Both the position numbers and the translations under genes were made by a program. The notes beneath the pieces were generated by a model that made no database searches, had not been told where the DNA came from, and saw only the letters and a program-made list of their open reading frames with translations. Of a DNA stretch of 64,000 bases, positions 1 to 13,786 are shown piece after piece. This DNA is from Octopus vulgaris (lineage: Eukaryota). The DNA is taken from contig OX597827.1 of the NCBI GenBank assembly GCA_951406725.2, forward strand, positions 13,578,001 through 13,642,000, in the 5' to 3' direction. Position 1 is the stretch's first letter; each line of letters starts with the position of its first letter.

Positions 1-670
1 TCTTCCTGAATCTTCCTCTTCCACAGCTTCCAACTACCTTAAGTGAGCAGCACTTCTTTATTCAGCTGTCTTCATCCATCTGCAGCACATGACCAAACCA
101 GTGCAGTCTCCTTTCTTGCACACAGCATATGATTACTCTTATACCCAATATCTCTCTTAATTCACGAATGCTCTGTATTCCTTCTTGAGCCATGCCTGGC
201 TCATAAGGGCCAGTTTCCCGGTTTCCTTGGCATATAGGTTCCCCACCTGGACAGGACACCAGTCCGTCGCAAGTATACTGCAAGATGCAGGAGGAAAGAG
301 TGAGAGAAAGTTGTGGCGAAAGAGTCAGCAGAAGTTCGCCATTTCCTTCTGCTGGAGCCACGTGGAGCTTAGGTGTTTCACTCATAAACACACACATCAC
401 CCGGTTTGAGATTTGAACCCGCGACCCCTCGACCACGAGTCCACTGCTCTAACCACTAGGCCATGTACCTCCAATGCTCTGTCACACATGCACACTGACA
501 TCACACATCTAGTGGAGCATACCAGCTTCATTCCTCTCCAACTTTTGTGTGTCCTCCACATTCAGGGTCTACATTTCACTACCATACAGCATTGCTGTTC
601 ATACGCATGTATTACACAATTTTCCCTTCACTTGTAGAGAGAAACCTTTGGTTGCCAACTGAGGTAAAAG
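1..670 (-). mobile_element. Decayed RTE-clade LINE ORF fragment (post-RT region), split by a SINE at 177-472
   Basis: Minus-strand translation gives LATKGFSLQVKGKL..AMLYGSE..LERNEAGML and RELREILGIR..QERRLHWFGHVLQMDEDS..GRGR, RTE-like motifs with stops. Confidence 0.85.
177..472 (-). mobile_element. tRNA-headed SINE (head A) with V-domain-like tail
   Basis: Box A tggcctagtgg and box B gggttcaaatc on minus; tail gcgacggactggtgtcctgtccagg; 10-bp TSD aatgctctgt at 167-176 and 473-482. Confidence 0.85.
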
Positions 671-719
671 CTATTGTCTTAAAAAAACAAATAGAAGAGT
701 ACATTGAAATATATATTCC

Positions 720-1207
720 GATCGTTAACAGCGTCACACTACTGGCACTCAAGCCCCATGCTAGTAGGGTATTAAGAGCACCATCCAAGCGTGATCGTTG
801 CCAGAGCAGCTATCTGGCCTCTGTGCCGGTGGCACGTAAAAAACACCATTCAATCGGGATCGTTACCAGCATCACCTTACTGGCACCCGTGCCAGTGGCA
901 TGTGTTAAAGATTCGAGTGAGGTCATTGCCATTGCCGCCTGAATCACCCGTGCAAGTGACATGTGTAAAAGATTCGAGCGAGGTCATTGCCAGTGCCGCC
1001 TGACTGGTCCCATGCTGGTGGCACGTAAAAGCACCCACTACACTCTCGGAGTGGTTGGCGTTAGGAAGGGCATCCAGCTGTAGAAACTCAGCCAGATAAA
1101 GATTGAAGCCTGGTGCAGCCATCTGGCTCGCCAGCCCTCAGTCAAATCATCCAACCCATGCTAGCATGGAAAGCGGACGTTAAACGATGATGATGATGAT
1201 GATGATG
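720..1207 (+). mobile_element. 5'-truncated RTE 3' UTR copy with internal structured repeats and (GAT)n tail
   Basis: Repeated ccag-loop-ctgg / gtgccggtggcacgtaaaa units, then ggcgttaggaagggcatccagctgtagaaac...ggacgttaaac(gat)n; attcc on both sides; same UTR follows an RTE ORF end at 12220-12553. Confidence 0.8.
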
Positions 1208-1297
1208 ATTCCAAGATGTACCTAAAGAGATATGACAGCCTTGAATGAAATATTTTTAACTGAAGATCAGTGAATGTTGACCCAGGGTTAAAAAGCA

Positions 1298-1690
1298 TAA
1301 GTAGCTTGCTAACCAACCACATGGTTCCGGGTTCAGTCCCACTGCATGGCATCTTGGGCAAGTGTCTTCTGCTATAGCCCCGGGCTGACCAATGCCTTGT
1401 GAGTGGATTTGGTAGACGGAAACTGAAAGAAGCCTGTCGTATATATGTATATATATATAAGTGTGTGTGTATATGTTTGTGTGTCTGTGTTTTTTCCCCT
1501 AGCATTGCTTGACAACCGATGCTGGTGTGTTTACGTCCCCGTCACTTAGCAGTTCGGCAAAAGAGACCGATAGAATAAGTACTGGGCTTACAAAGAATAA
1601 GTCCCGGGGTCGATTTGCTCGACTAAAGGCGGTGCTCCAGCATGGCCGCAGTCAAATGACTGAAACAAGTAAGAGAGAAAAGAGAGAGAG
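1298..1690 (+). mobile_element. Major tRNA-derived CORE-type SINE (5'-truncated)
   Basis: Box B gggttcagtccc, CORE-like tcttgggcaagtgtcttc, central (TA)/(TG) tract, tail ccagcatggccgcagtcaaatgactgaaacaagtaa. Confidence 0.9.
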
Positions 1691-2394
1691 TAACTATAAC
1701 AACAACGACACCCATTACTGTGAAATGTTCTGTTTTAATGGCAAGCAATGTGTTTGCTAAATAATAAATTGTCTGCCATTCTGTTATTCAAAAAGTTACA
1801 AAGACAATGTGTCTGGCGTAATATAATAGAAAATTATTGTAAGATATATCAATTACTAAGTAACAATGCAGGGAACTTTCTAGATGAGTCAATGAACTTC
1901 TTTATGAGCTATGATGGAACCATTTCTTCATCACTTGGCATTTATAAGCAGAAACCATATGAAGTTTTGTAGTTTAGCACAATAAAATTTTTACCATTAA
2001 GATGACATGTAGCATGAATTCAGTTTTGAAGTGCAAGTACAACAGAAGGGGACAGATATATGAATCAGCTAATTGGTTAGAGAAAAGAATGACCAAAGGA
2101 TATTACCCAGGGATGCTATCTGCATATAGAATAACAGTCAAATTAGGGCTACTGTACTTAATTCAGGGAGAAAAAATTATTTTCTAATTAATTTATTAAT
2201 TAAAAATATTTATGTGATGAAAAGAAGAAAAACATTGGCACAGTTTAGTTTGACTTTGGCAAGTAATAGAGAAGAATGGCTGTAAGCAATCTTGAAATAT
2301 ATTTTGGCAGATAGGTCTATATAAATTACTTATGTCGAACTATGGACAAGGGAAAAATACTCAGGAATGTTGCCATCTATATATCATGCTTAGT

Positions 2395-2659
2395 TATTAA
2401 TGACATGTAGGGACACGGTTTTTTCATTATTGGACCATAATATACTATAAAGTATATTAAACGATTTTTATAAGTCAATACTATGTTCTACTGTGTTAGC
2501 AGTGCATTTTACATCACTTGTTAAGGTTATCTCTACGGAATATTTGTAGAGCACTGCTAACACAGTAGAGCATGGTATTGAGTTATAAAAATGTTTAATA
2601 TACTTTATAGTATATTTTGTTTACATAATGGAATATCACGTCCCTACAAGTCATTAATA
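2395..2659. repeat. Imperfect ~110-bp inverted repeat (foldback)
   Basis: tattaatgacatgtagggac...ctactgtgttagcagtgc mirrored by gcactgctaacacagtag...gtccctacaagtcattaata. Confidence 0.85.
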
Positions 2660-2690
2660 TTTATGTATCAGCTTCCAGGAATGTGTTTAA

Positions 2691-2910
2691 CCCTTTAGCA
2701 TTTAAACCGGCCATATCCGGCCAGAAGTATTCTGCCTGTTTTATGTTCAAACTGGCCAGATCTTGTCTCTCACACCAACCCTACAATATCGTTTTAAAAA
2801 TTAGCAGCTACCTCATCAAAATCTCACAGCTACAAGATAATGTATGATTAGTTCGAAACAATGTGGATAAAAAGCATTAATTTTGGCAGAATAATGCGAA
2901 CACTAAAGGG
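2691..2910. mobile_element. piggyBac-type MITE (220 bp)
   Basis: TTAA at 2687-2690 and 2911-2914; TIR CCCTTTAG/CTAAAGGG; near-identical copy at 58362-58582. Confidence 0.9.
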
Positions 2911-3419
2911 TTAATATGTAAAATTGGTATATCCAATAATGTAACACAGCTGTATTTAGTGGCTATTTAAGTAACGTGTTCATAGATGATTAAGGTGTTA
3001 GATTGGTGCTGATGAAGGAGCAAAAATTTTCAAAATATGGCATATACGCCCATTACTCTTTTCCATCTTTGATCTCATTGTTTATTTACATCTGATATCT
3101 CATATATGAAACATCATAGCAAAAGTCAATGACTATAATTTCTATAGAATATCTGTAGAAGTAACCGAAACAAGTGATCATGCTTAATGTACACATGTTG
3201 ATAGGCCAGTCACTGCAACATTTGTCCAGACATAACATCCCATATCAACTTGCTGTGTTAAAAACACAGTATCAGAGTGAGACAGAAATTAGTCCCAGCA
3301 GTGACCAGTGAGAGTGCCAGATGTAATTTGGCCTTTCTTCGACCGTTTTAATGGCATGTACCCACAGGCAGTCTTGTGCTCTGATGAAAATTTATCATCT
3401 TTGATATAGGAAAAGGTAA

Positions 3420-3780
3420 ACAGTGCCAAGGACTCCAAATTTGGCATCAAGATGTAGGACAAGATACTGTGATAGCCTGGGCTTCAGAGGCCCACAGCTC
3501 TTCAATATCCTCCCGAAGAACCTGAGAGACCTGCATGGGGTGGATGCAGATGTCTTTAAAATAAAACTGGATCTCTTCTTGTCAGGTGTCCCAGATGAAC
3601 CAACTTCATGACAGGAGGTGCAGATGAGGGCAGCTGCATTGAACTCTCTCATGCATCAAATGGCAATTGCTAAAAGGCATTCGTGAAGTAAAATCATGTA
3701 GCAACACCAAATGGCAGTGCCCCAGCATGGCCACAGCTCGTGAGCTGAAACTAGATAAAAATAAAAGATAAAGATAAAGA
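3420..3780 (+). mobile_element. CR1/L2-type LINE 3' end (ORF C-terminus, 3' UTR, repeat tail)
   Basis: SLGFRGPQLFNILPKNLRDLHGVDADVFKIKLDLFLSGVPDEP motif; tail gtgccccagcatggccacagctcgtgagctgaaactag(ataaag)n. Confidence 0.85.
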
Positions 3781-4354
3781 ATATTCACTGATATTGTGAA
3801 TAGCTACTTGACTGATTAAAAATCTAGTGTATACCATAAAGCAGTATTTAAATTTAAATAATAATCTGTGTATCATACTTAATGTATAAACACTAATGAT
3901 AGACCAGTTACTGCCATGTTTTCTTAAGATAATGTGTATTACAAATTATGCTGTGTTAAAACTGCAATATATGCTGTGTACTACAACAAAACTAAATAGT
4001 GAGGCTTATGTTAATATAGACGTTGCTGTGAGTTGAAGAATTTTAATTAAAGTGAGTTAAACTTTTGCTAAGGAAAAGGGATCATTAAGCTTCATGATTA
4101 GCTCTGGTCAAGAAACAAAGGCAGACAACTCAGAATTTTAATAAACTGAAGTACAAATTAGAATGTAGGAAATGCAGCATGATGTAAGTTCCAATCTGGC
4201 TGTATGATGTGTAGTAAGGTATACTTCTCACTACATTGTCAACATACTATTTTTAATTAGTTTTAATTGTAATCACTTCAATATGTATATTAGTACTTAT
4301 ACTGTTGGATGAAGATAAGGTGCCTATTAGGAGATAACATACATTATTATTATT

Positions 4355-4407
<53 letters not shown>

Positions 4408-4424
4408 CATTATTATTATTATTA

Positions 4425-4981
4425 TTGAGTGAGAGAGCAGAGCATGCCTTCAAAGTGACACTGGGGTAAAATATACAAAGCCCAGTATACCCATCATGAC
4501 TACCTGTCTGATAAGGGTACACCAGGCACATGCCTCACAACCATATGTGCGCGACATGGTGATCTCATATCAAGATTAGCAGTACATGACCTTGCAGGTG
4601 GGGCCCAGTTAGAATTTTCTTCTGGTTGAGTAGCCCATCCTGCTGAAAAGGTCTCTGAATAAAGATTGTTTAAGGATGTTGAACAAACCACCCATGTTTC
4701 CAAAGGTGAATTATCCAAACCCCAAAGAATTCCTCTCGACACATGGCTATGATGCTCCCCCACTACTTCTGCTCATGGTCAGAGATACACATATCGTCAG
4801 CCACTAAGGGACATGGTCAACTAATTAAGGTCAAACAACTGACAAGCAAATCTGTGGTATTGAGCAGAATATTTGCTGTAGCCCATCTTTTATACCAAGA
4901 CAAAACATTGTACATGATAACACTTCCAATCAGTTAAGATCAGAAGCCATGAGAGCCACTGCCTGGTACTGCATCAGGGCA

Positions 4982-4982
<1 letters not shown>
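4425..4982. mobile_element. ~560-bp non-coding interspersed element embedded in (TTA)n, with a partial tandem copy at 5060-5262
   Basis: Complex sequence bounded on both sides by (TTA)n; 4760-4970 repeated at 5060-5262 between further (TTA)n runs. Confidence 0.65.
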
Positions 4983-5039
<57 letters not shown>

Positions 5040-5274
5040 ATTATTATTATGATACTCACAAACTACTCCTGCTCATGATCAGAGATGCACATATCAGCCC
5101 CTAAGGGACATGCTCAAGTGGCTAAGGTCAAGCAAAGGACAAGCAATTCTGTGGTATTGAGAATATTTGCTGTAGCCCATCTTTTATACCAAGACAAAAC
5201 ATGTACATGATAACACTTTCTATCAGTTAAGATCAGAAGCCATGAGAGCCACTGCCTGATACTTATTATTATTA

Positions 5275-5328
<54 letters not shown>

Positions 5329-5561
5329 GACACTACATAGAGCATAATATGATTGCACTAGATGTTTTATTGGTTGAATGAGGCAACAAGCATTCCTATG
5401 TTGATGGAATGACATCATCAGTCTTCAATTTTCAAGTTTAAATTTTTTAACTGATAGAAATTTCGACTTTCATATTTGAATGGTACAACAGCACCCATTG
5501 GCCCAGGGTTGGACTCAACACTGGGGTTTAGCGAAACTAACAGGGCTAATGAGCCAACTCC

Positions 5562-5972
5562 CTTTTACTCTTTTACTTGTTTCAGTCATTTGACTGCGGC
5601 CATAATGGAGCACCGCCTTTAATCGAGCAACTCGACCCCGGGACTTATTCTTTTGTAAGCCCAGTACTTATTCTATCGGTCTTTTTTTCCGAACCGCTAA
5701 GTAACGGGGACATAAACACACCAGCATCAGTTGTCGAGCGATGTTGGTGGGGGGGACAAACACAGACACACAATAACACACACACATATATATATATACA
5801 TATATACGACGGGCTTCTTTCAGTTTCCGTCTACAAAATCCACAAATCACAAGGCTTTGGTCGGCCCGAGGCTATAGTAGAAGACACTTGCCCAAGGTGC
5901 CACGCAGTGGGACTGAACCCAGAACCATGTGGTTGGTAAACAAGCTACTTACCACGCAGCCACTCCTGCGCC
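5562..5972 (-). mobile_element. Major CORE-type SINE, full length
   Basis: Reverse complement runs from ggcgcaggagtggctg to gaaacaagtaaaagagtaaaag. Confidence 0.95.
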
Positions 5973-6063
5973 TTTCCAACTGTAGGAAAGAATAAAACCC
6001 AAACGAAGAGCATTTTGCATTTGCATTGTGCTCTTCATATTGTCTTCTTACCATTGTGAGGAG

Positions 6064-6473
6064 TTACTCTTTTACTCTCTTTTACTTGTTTCAGTCATTT
6101 GACTGCGGCCATGCTGGAGCACCGCCTTTAGTCGAGCAAATCGACCAAGGGACTTATTCTTTGTAAGCCCAGTACTTATTCTATCGGTCTCTTTTGCCGA
6201 ACCGCTAATGGACGGGGACGTAAACACACCAGCATCGGTTGTCAAGCAATGCTAGGGGGACAAACACACACACACACAAACACACACACATACATATATA
6301 TACATATATACGACAGGCTTCTTTCAGTTTCCATCTACCAAATCCACTCACAAGGCATTGGTCGGCCCGGGGCTATAGCAGAAGACACTTGCCCAAGATG
6401 CCACGCAGTGGGACTGAAACCAGAACCATGTGGTTGGTTAGCAAGCTACTTACCACACAGCCACTCCTGCGCC
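6064..6473 (-). mobile_element. Major CORE-type SINE, full length
   Basis: Same head and tail as 5562-5972. Confidence 0.95.
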
Positions 6474-6639
6474 TATATCAATCCTTTTAAAATATCAAAA
6501 TCAAGTAGATTGAGATGATTGATTTTATGTTGCACCAAATAAGAATTGGAACATTTAGAAATTCTGGAAGTTACCAAAGCAGCCAGGTGTCTAAGGAAAG
6601 TTGTAGTATAAATTATACCTTTTGCTACCATAGCTGTAC

Positions 6640-6936
6640 AAATATAGTACAAATATATGGGAAGCTACCATCTGTATCATCTCTTGTGAAAGGTAGGAGA
6701 GTCCAGTTTGCTGGACATTGTTGTAGAGCTGAAAACAAGGCAATTTCTACTCTTCTCCTCTGGAAGCCATCTACCGCGATACCAGAGGGCGCACACTCTC
6801 CTACCCTGATATAATCTCCAGGGATACAGGCATCCAGCAACAGGACCTCCGTAATGCTATGATGGACCATGAAGTCTGGCGTAGCATAGTAAATTTCATT
6901 GTCTCAACCATGGTCGAACAATGGTGATGATGATAC
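6640..6936 (+). mobile_element. RTE-like LINE 3' fragment with short (GAT)n tail
   Basis: IYGKLPSVSSLVKGRRVQFAGHCCRAENKAISTLLLW...DLRNAMMDHEVWRSIV then tgatgatgat. Confidence 0.75.
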
Positions 6937-7218
6937 TTTTTGCGTTTTATTCCTCCATATTCATAAACAACTCAAATTTTTTTATCTATCCATGGGTTCA
7001 CAAAATTTGACTCACAAGCGAAAACTCACAATAAAATCAGATACCATGAATTGCATTTCGAGAAGTAATGATGTAACTTTTGAATGTTGTAAAACAAAGA
7101 ATTGTCAGGATAAAACATTAGAGTTAATGAGTGTCAAACTTGGTGCATAAGAAAATCAGACACTTCTTTCTTAATGACCTGTTACACACACACACACACA
7201 CAAAAGTATGTACACAAA

Positions 7219-7624
7219 ACTCTTTTACTCTTTTACTTGTTTCAGTCATTTGACTGCGGCCATGCTGGAGCACCGCCTTTAGTCGAGCAAATCGACCCCG
7301 GGACTTATTCTTTGTAAAGCCCAGTACTTATTCTATCAGTCTCTTTTGCCGAACCGCTAAGTGACGGGGACATAAAAACCAGCATCAGTTGTCAAGCAAT
7401 GCTAGGGGGACAAACACAGACAAACAAACAACACACATACATATATATATATACATATATACGACAGGCTTCTTTCAGTTTCCGTCTACCAAATCCACTC
7501 ACAAGGCATTGGTCGGCCTGGGGCTATAGCAGAAGACAATTGCCCAAGATGCCACACAGTGGGACTGAACCCAGAACCATGTGGTTGTTTAGCAAGCTAC
7601 TTACCACACAGCCACTCCTGTGCC
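7219..7624 (-). mobile_element. Major CORE-type SINE, full length
   Basis: Same family consensus. Confidence 0.95.
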
Positions 7625-7889
7625 ACAATGTCCAAAAGTGTGTATATATACCAATATATACATATATCAGTTAAACAGGAAACCTCTTCATGGTCAGTGA
7701 TCGGCTAAAAATGATAGCTGAATTTTCCCCTATTCGCATCCTACCATCTCAAATGGACAATGTTGTTACATATTTGCATATATGCAAAGAAGACAGGTTG
7801 GTCACAGTTGAAATTCCTTAAATTATAAGTTTATTCGATAATGTATAAGGGCTAAACAACAAGAACACACACACACACATATATATATA

Positions 7890-9060
<1,171 letters not shown>

Positions 9061-9340
9061 TAGACAATGCCATTACAAAATGACAGTGTCTGTCAGAATA
9101 GATGAACAGAAATTTATTGATGACTAAACATAATATAATGTTTGCATAATTTCAATTCAGCTTCATCATATTAACGGAGGGAAATTATATCTAATCCTGA
9201 TATCCACATCATTATCATAATTGTATTTATTGTTTATTGTGATCAGCCTTATCATCACCAGCACCAACAACAACAAGAATCACGACTATCATCCACATCA
9301 GCAGCAATGCAACCACCTCAACCACTATGACCGTCTCCCT

Positions 9341-9900
<560 letters not shown>

Positions 9901-10019
9901 CAATGGAACTTCTGCATAGCTGTTTCTACATGATAAAATTAGCAGCCAAATCTCCCTCAGATCACATCTATTACCTTACAAAGAAAAAGGACACATTCAA
10001 CGATATAGTCCTAGATATA

Positions 10020-10532
10020 TCTATATATATAAAACTGTAGTTGTGTGAGTGTCTGTCCCCTTCGATTTAGATTCCTAACTACTCCCACATTTTGCGGTGC
10101 AGTTTAACCAAATTCGGGTATCTTATAGTCGTGATTCATATCGAGCCCGTCTGGGTATTAGCGCGCGTCTACGATGAGTCTACGATTTTAAAAATAATTT
10201 AACATCATTTTTTATTCCATTTTAATGCATAATTTTTCGTGTGTCGATGGCGGCGGAGTTGGCGTCCACGCTCACACCTGCACCTGTTTGCTTCTCCCCC
10301 TTCTGACCTCCCTCGTGAAGCTGTGGGGAAGGGAGTGTAAGGAAATCAACGTCGTAAAGCGTTGTCAAGGAGACCAGCGTTCTTTTAGAACAACGACTTC
10401 ATGGCTTGAAGACACCAAAACAGAAATGGCTAAGAAAGCCCGAATTGGCATCTATAAGGGAAGTAACTCTCTAAAAATGCTTATATAGTTATTTCCCTTA
10501 CAAATCCGAGCAACGCCGGGCGATACTGCTAG
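10020..10532 (+). mobile_element. Non-autonomous Helitron
   Basis: A|TC start (tctatatatataaaa), subterminal hairpin ccgagcaacgccggg, CTAG|T end, no TSD; relatives at 48374 and 49095. Confidence 0.85.
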
Positions 10533-11511
10533 TTTTACATAAAATATAAATGAAATGAAAAGAAACAGACAAATACAATCTTCAATGCTACAATGTCTGA
10601 GACAGGTTTTTCTTCAGGCTAAACAGTAACAGACAACATCGCCATCACCATCATCGTCATAACCACTACCACAATCACAATCATCATCATCATCATCATC
10701 ATCATCACCATTAAACAATACCTGTCACTGTTTCTATGTCAGGTGTTAATATCTTGTTTCTCACACTGTTTAATTAATTGTTGTTTTCCAGTACGACTGC
10801 CCTAATGATATGCGGTAACATTGAAGCTAACAGATGTGATATTCTTACATTTCCCAGGTTTCTTTAGTTCTTTAGTTCTTCAGACCAGACTGGAGCACTG
10901 CCTTCAGGTGAATTTTTTTTTTTTTTTTTTCTAAGTGCCAAGGAAGAAGGACAGTACCTGAGACCCTGTTTAAGACAATTTCGAGACAAAGAAGATTTTC
11001 CACAATCCAGGGGAGGGTGCCTTCAAACAAGCAGAAAGGCTCACAGCAGAGGGAACTTCATTTAAGCACCCAAGGGCCATGGGGTGGGTTTAAACCTGGC
11101 AAAGGATTAAATTTCCAAAATATATTTTGTATTATCTCTATGTGTCTTTAGTGTAGCTAGATTTGCTTGGGGGAGCCCTTCAGTTTGTCACACCCAGGGC
11201 CCCACAAAAAATACACATTGCATACGGCAGACCCAAAAGTGGTGCCACTCCCTCAAAAGTGCCACACTCTCGGCCCCGCACTAGCTATGCTAGTATTATG
11301 TATGTCCTCCACCACCAGGTCTTATCATTGTTGCAGTGTGGGTGACTAGTGTGCCTCAGTGACCCCAAGAACGGTCAGTGAAGTGTAAATTTATGGTAGG
11401 TTCTTTCATGCTGGACAGGTCAAAGGATCAAGGCAAGAATAATAGAGAGCACCTCATCTAAGAGATAAAAATGGCTTTGGATAGGGCCAACATACATACC
11501 TTGTAAAAAGC

Positions 11512-11780
11512 AAGAGTGGCTGTGTGGTAAATAGCTTGCTTATGAACCACATGGTTCCAGGTTCAGTCCCACTGCGTGGCACCTTGGGCAAGTGTCTTCT
11601 ACTATAGCCTCGGGCCGACCAAAGCCTTGTGAGTGGATTTGGTAGACTTAAACTGAAAGAAGCCTGTCATATATATATATGTGTATATATATATAAATAA
11701 TCAGCCCAAGGATTTTTATGGATAACACCATACAGAATTCTGTGCATCTAAATTAAGTACCATATTCATTTGAATCTAAA

Positions 11781-11818
<38 letters not shown>

Positions 11819-12035
11819 AATGTATGTATGTTTGTGTATATATGTGTATGTGTCTGTCTTTGTCCCCCCAACATTGCTTGACAACTGATGCTGGTATGTT
11901 TACATCCCCGTAACTTAGCGGTTCAGCAAAAGAGACCAGAGAATAAGTACTGGGCTTACAAAGAATAAGTCCATGCTCAACTCCAGCATGGCCACAGTCA
12001 AATGACTGAAACAAGTAAAAGAGTAAAAGAGTAAG
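11512..12035 (+). mobile_element. Major CORE-type SINE interrupted in its (TA)n tract by an 85-bp foreign fragment (11697-11781)
   Basis: SINE 5' and 3' halves flank a fragment that matches 60777-60861. Confidence 0.85.
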
Positions 12036-12088
12036 CATTGATGATAATTCAAAAGCAACAACACCTCAGAGAAGAAGACTTTCCTTAA

Positions 12089-12731
12089 CCCTTTAGCCTT
12101 CGGATTATTTTGTCAAACGTATTGTTCGTTAATTCACATCATTTTGAATTAATTGTGTATTATCATGTAGTTTAAAGATTTTGATTACATGATTGTTTAT
12201 TTTTAGAATGACATTGTAAAAACCTGGGAAAACCTGGGACGAGGTGGTGAAGCACGACCTTCTAACATTAGGACTCACCGAGGCAATGACTTGAGACTGA
12301 GACCTTTGGAAGTATGCTGTGCATGAGAAGACCCGGCAGGATAAGTGTGGCCACAACCCGTGGCCTCTACATGGGATGTAGCCAGCCCACATATGCATAC
12401 CTTTCCTTCTTGGGACACAAGACTCTGCTTGCAAAGACCTGTTGAGGCAAGGGAAATCCCCTGACTGGCCTCTGTGCCAGTGGCACGTGAAAAGCACCAA
12501 CCGATTGTGGCCATTGCCAGCCTTGCCTGGCATGTAAAAAGCATCCACAACACTCACATTGTTTTGAATTAATTGTGTATTATCATATAGTTTAAAGATT
12601 TTGATTACATGATTGATTATTTTTTAGAATGACATTGTAAGATTGATGTGAGAAGCCAAATTTGGTCGGTTTGAACATAAAACAAGTAGAATATTTTGGG
12701 GCTGTATGTGGCCAGTTTAAATACAAAAGGG
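12089..12731. mobile_element. Old piggyBac-type MITE containing an RTE 3' fragment (12220-12553)
   Basis: TTAA-CCCTTTAG start; homology to 2691-2910 in reverse orientation; insert translates KTWDEVVKHDLLTLGLTEAMT..DLWKYAVHEKTRQ; ~86-bp direct repeat 12134-12219 / 12554-12640. Confidence 0.8.
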
Positions 12732-12959
12732 GAGACAGTGTTGAGAAAACAAGACTCCAGCTGGAGAGACACAGCAAAGACTGCCAAGAGTCAGGAGCAG
12801 TAAAGAAGAGTCACCAATGGCTAACATTCCATATGGAGTAAGTACGTAAGTCTATGAATGGTCAGGTGTTTTCACACATCTGAGTTGGATTATTTTTCCG
12901 TACACATAACATCTTTTGATGGTGGACCCTTAAATTGGTGAAGGCTGCTTTGTGTTGCC

Positions 12960-13375
12960 TGTAGCCATTTATCAGCCGGTTGACTCACAGAGGCCAGAAA
13001 GAAATGCATCTAGGTACATTTTAAAGGTCTCAGCGTAAAGTTTGACCAAGTTTTGTAGACCTTTAGGGAAAGGTAGTTGTATAATTAACTGTGGACCTTT
13101 AAATGCCAAAATGCTGTTGTTTGGTTTCCTAATGGAAGAACTGAACTGGAGGAAGGGAGTGTTGTGGGGTCTGGGAGGATTTCCTATTCCACTTCCACTT
13201 GTTCTTTTGGGTTTTTTTTTTTTTTTTGGCATGTCAAAATTCAGAATGATGTTTTTGAGAATTATGGCATCATCAACAGCACAAATGTTGGAGTATTGTC
13301 ATCAGCATTCTTAAAGTGTACAGATGTAAAACAGAGAGGCGTTTCCAGCAATTTAGATGAGTGACTTTGGTTATT
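12960..13375 (-). mobile_element. Highly decayed CR1/L2-type LINE fragment
   Basis: LAFKGPQL..LQNLVKLYAETFKMYLDAFLSG resembles the 3420-3690 peptide. Confidence 0.55.
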
Positions 13376-13619
13376 GTTTTCGTGTGTGGTGTAGTTGCGG
13401 TAACATAACTACACCTTCTCTTTACACACACATATAATACATCTTAAAAAATGTAAACAACAACGATGATGATGATGATTATGCTAAGTATGATGATAAT
13501 GATGTAAATGTTTGTGGGTGTATGTGTACATGTATACACAACACAGGCACACACTCACACAGTTACACACACATGCATATACACGTAATCATCACCATCA
13601 TCATCACTGTCATCATCAT

Positions 13620-13786
13620 GGTTGTCAAGCAATGTTGGGGGGACAAACACAGACACACAAACATATATACACACATGTATATATACATATACATATATAC
13701 GGTGGGCTTCTTTCAGTTTCAGTCTATCAAATCCACTCACAAGGCTTCGGACGGCCCAAGGCTATAGCAGAAGACACTTGCCCAAG
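13620..13786 (-). mobile_element. Internal fragment of the major CORE-type SINE
   Basis: ggttgtcaagcaatg...gaagacacttgcccaag. Confidence 0.85.

Noticed and set aside
10792-10814. Possible 23-nt micro-exon (ttttccag|TACGACTGCCCTAATGATATGCG|gtaaca)
   Set aside because: Splice-like flanks alone are common by chance; no partner exons or homology recognisable without RNA data
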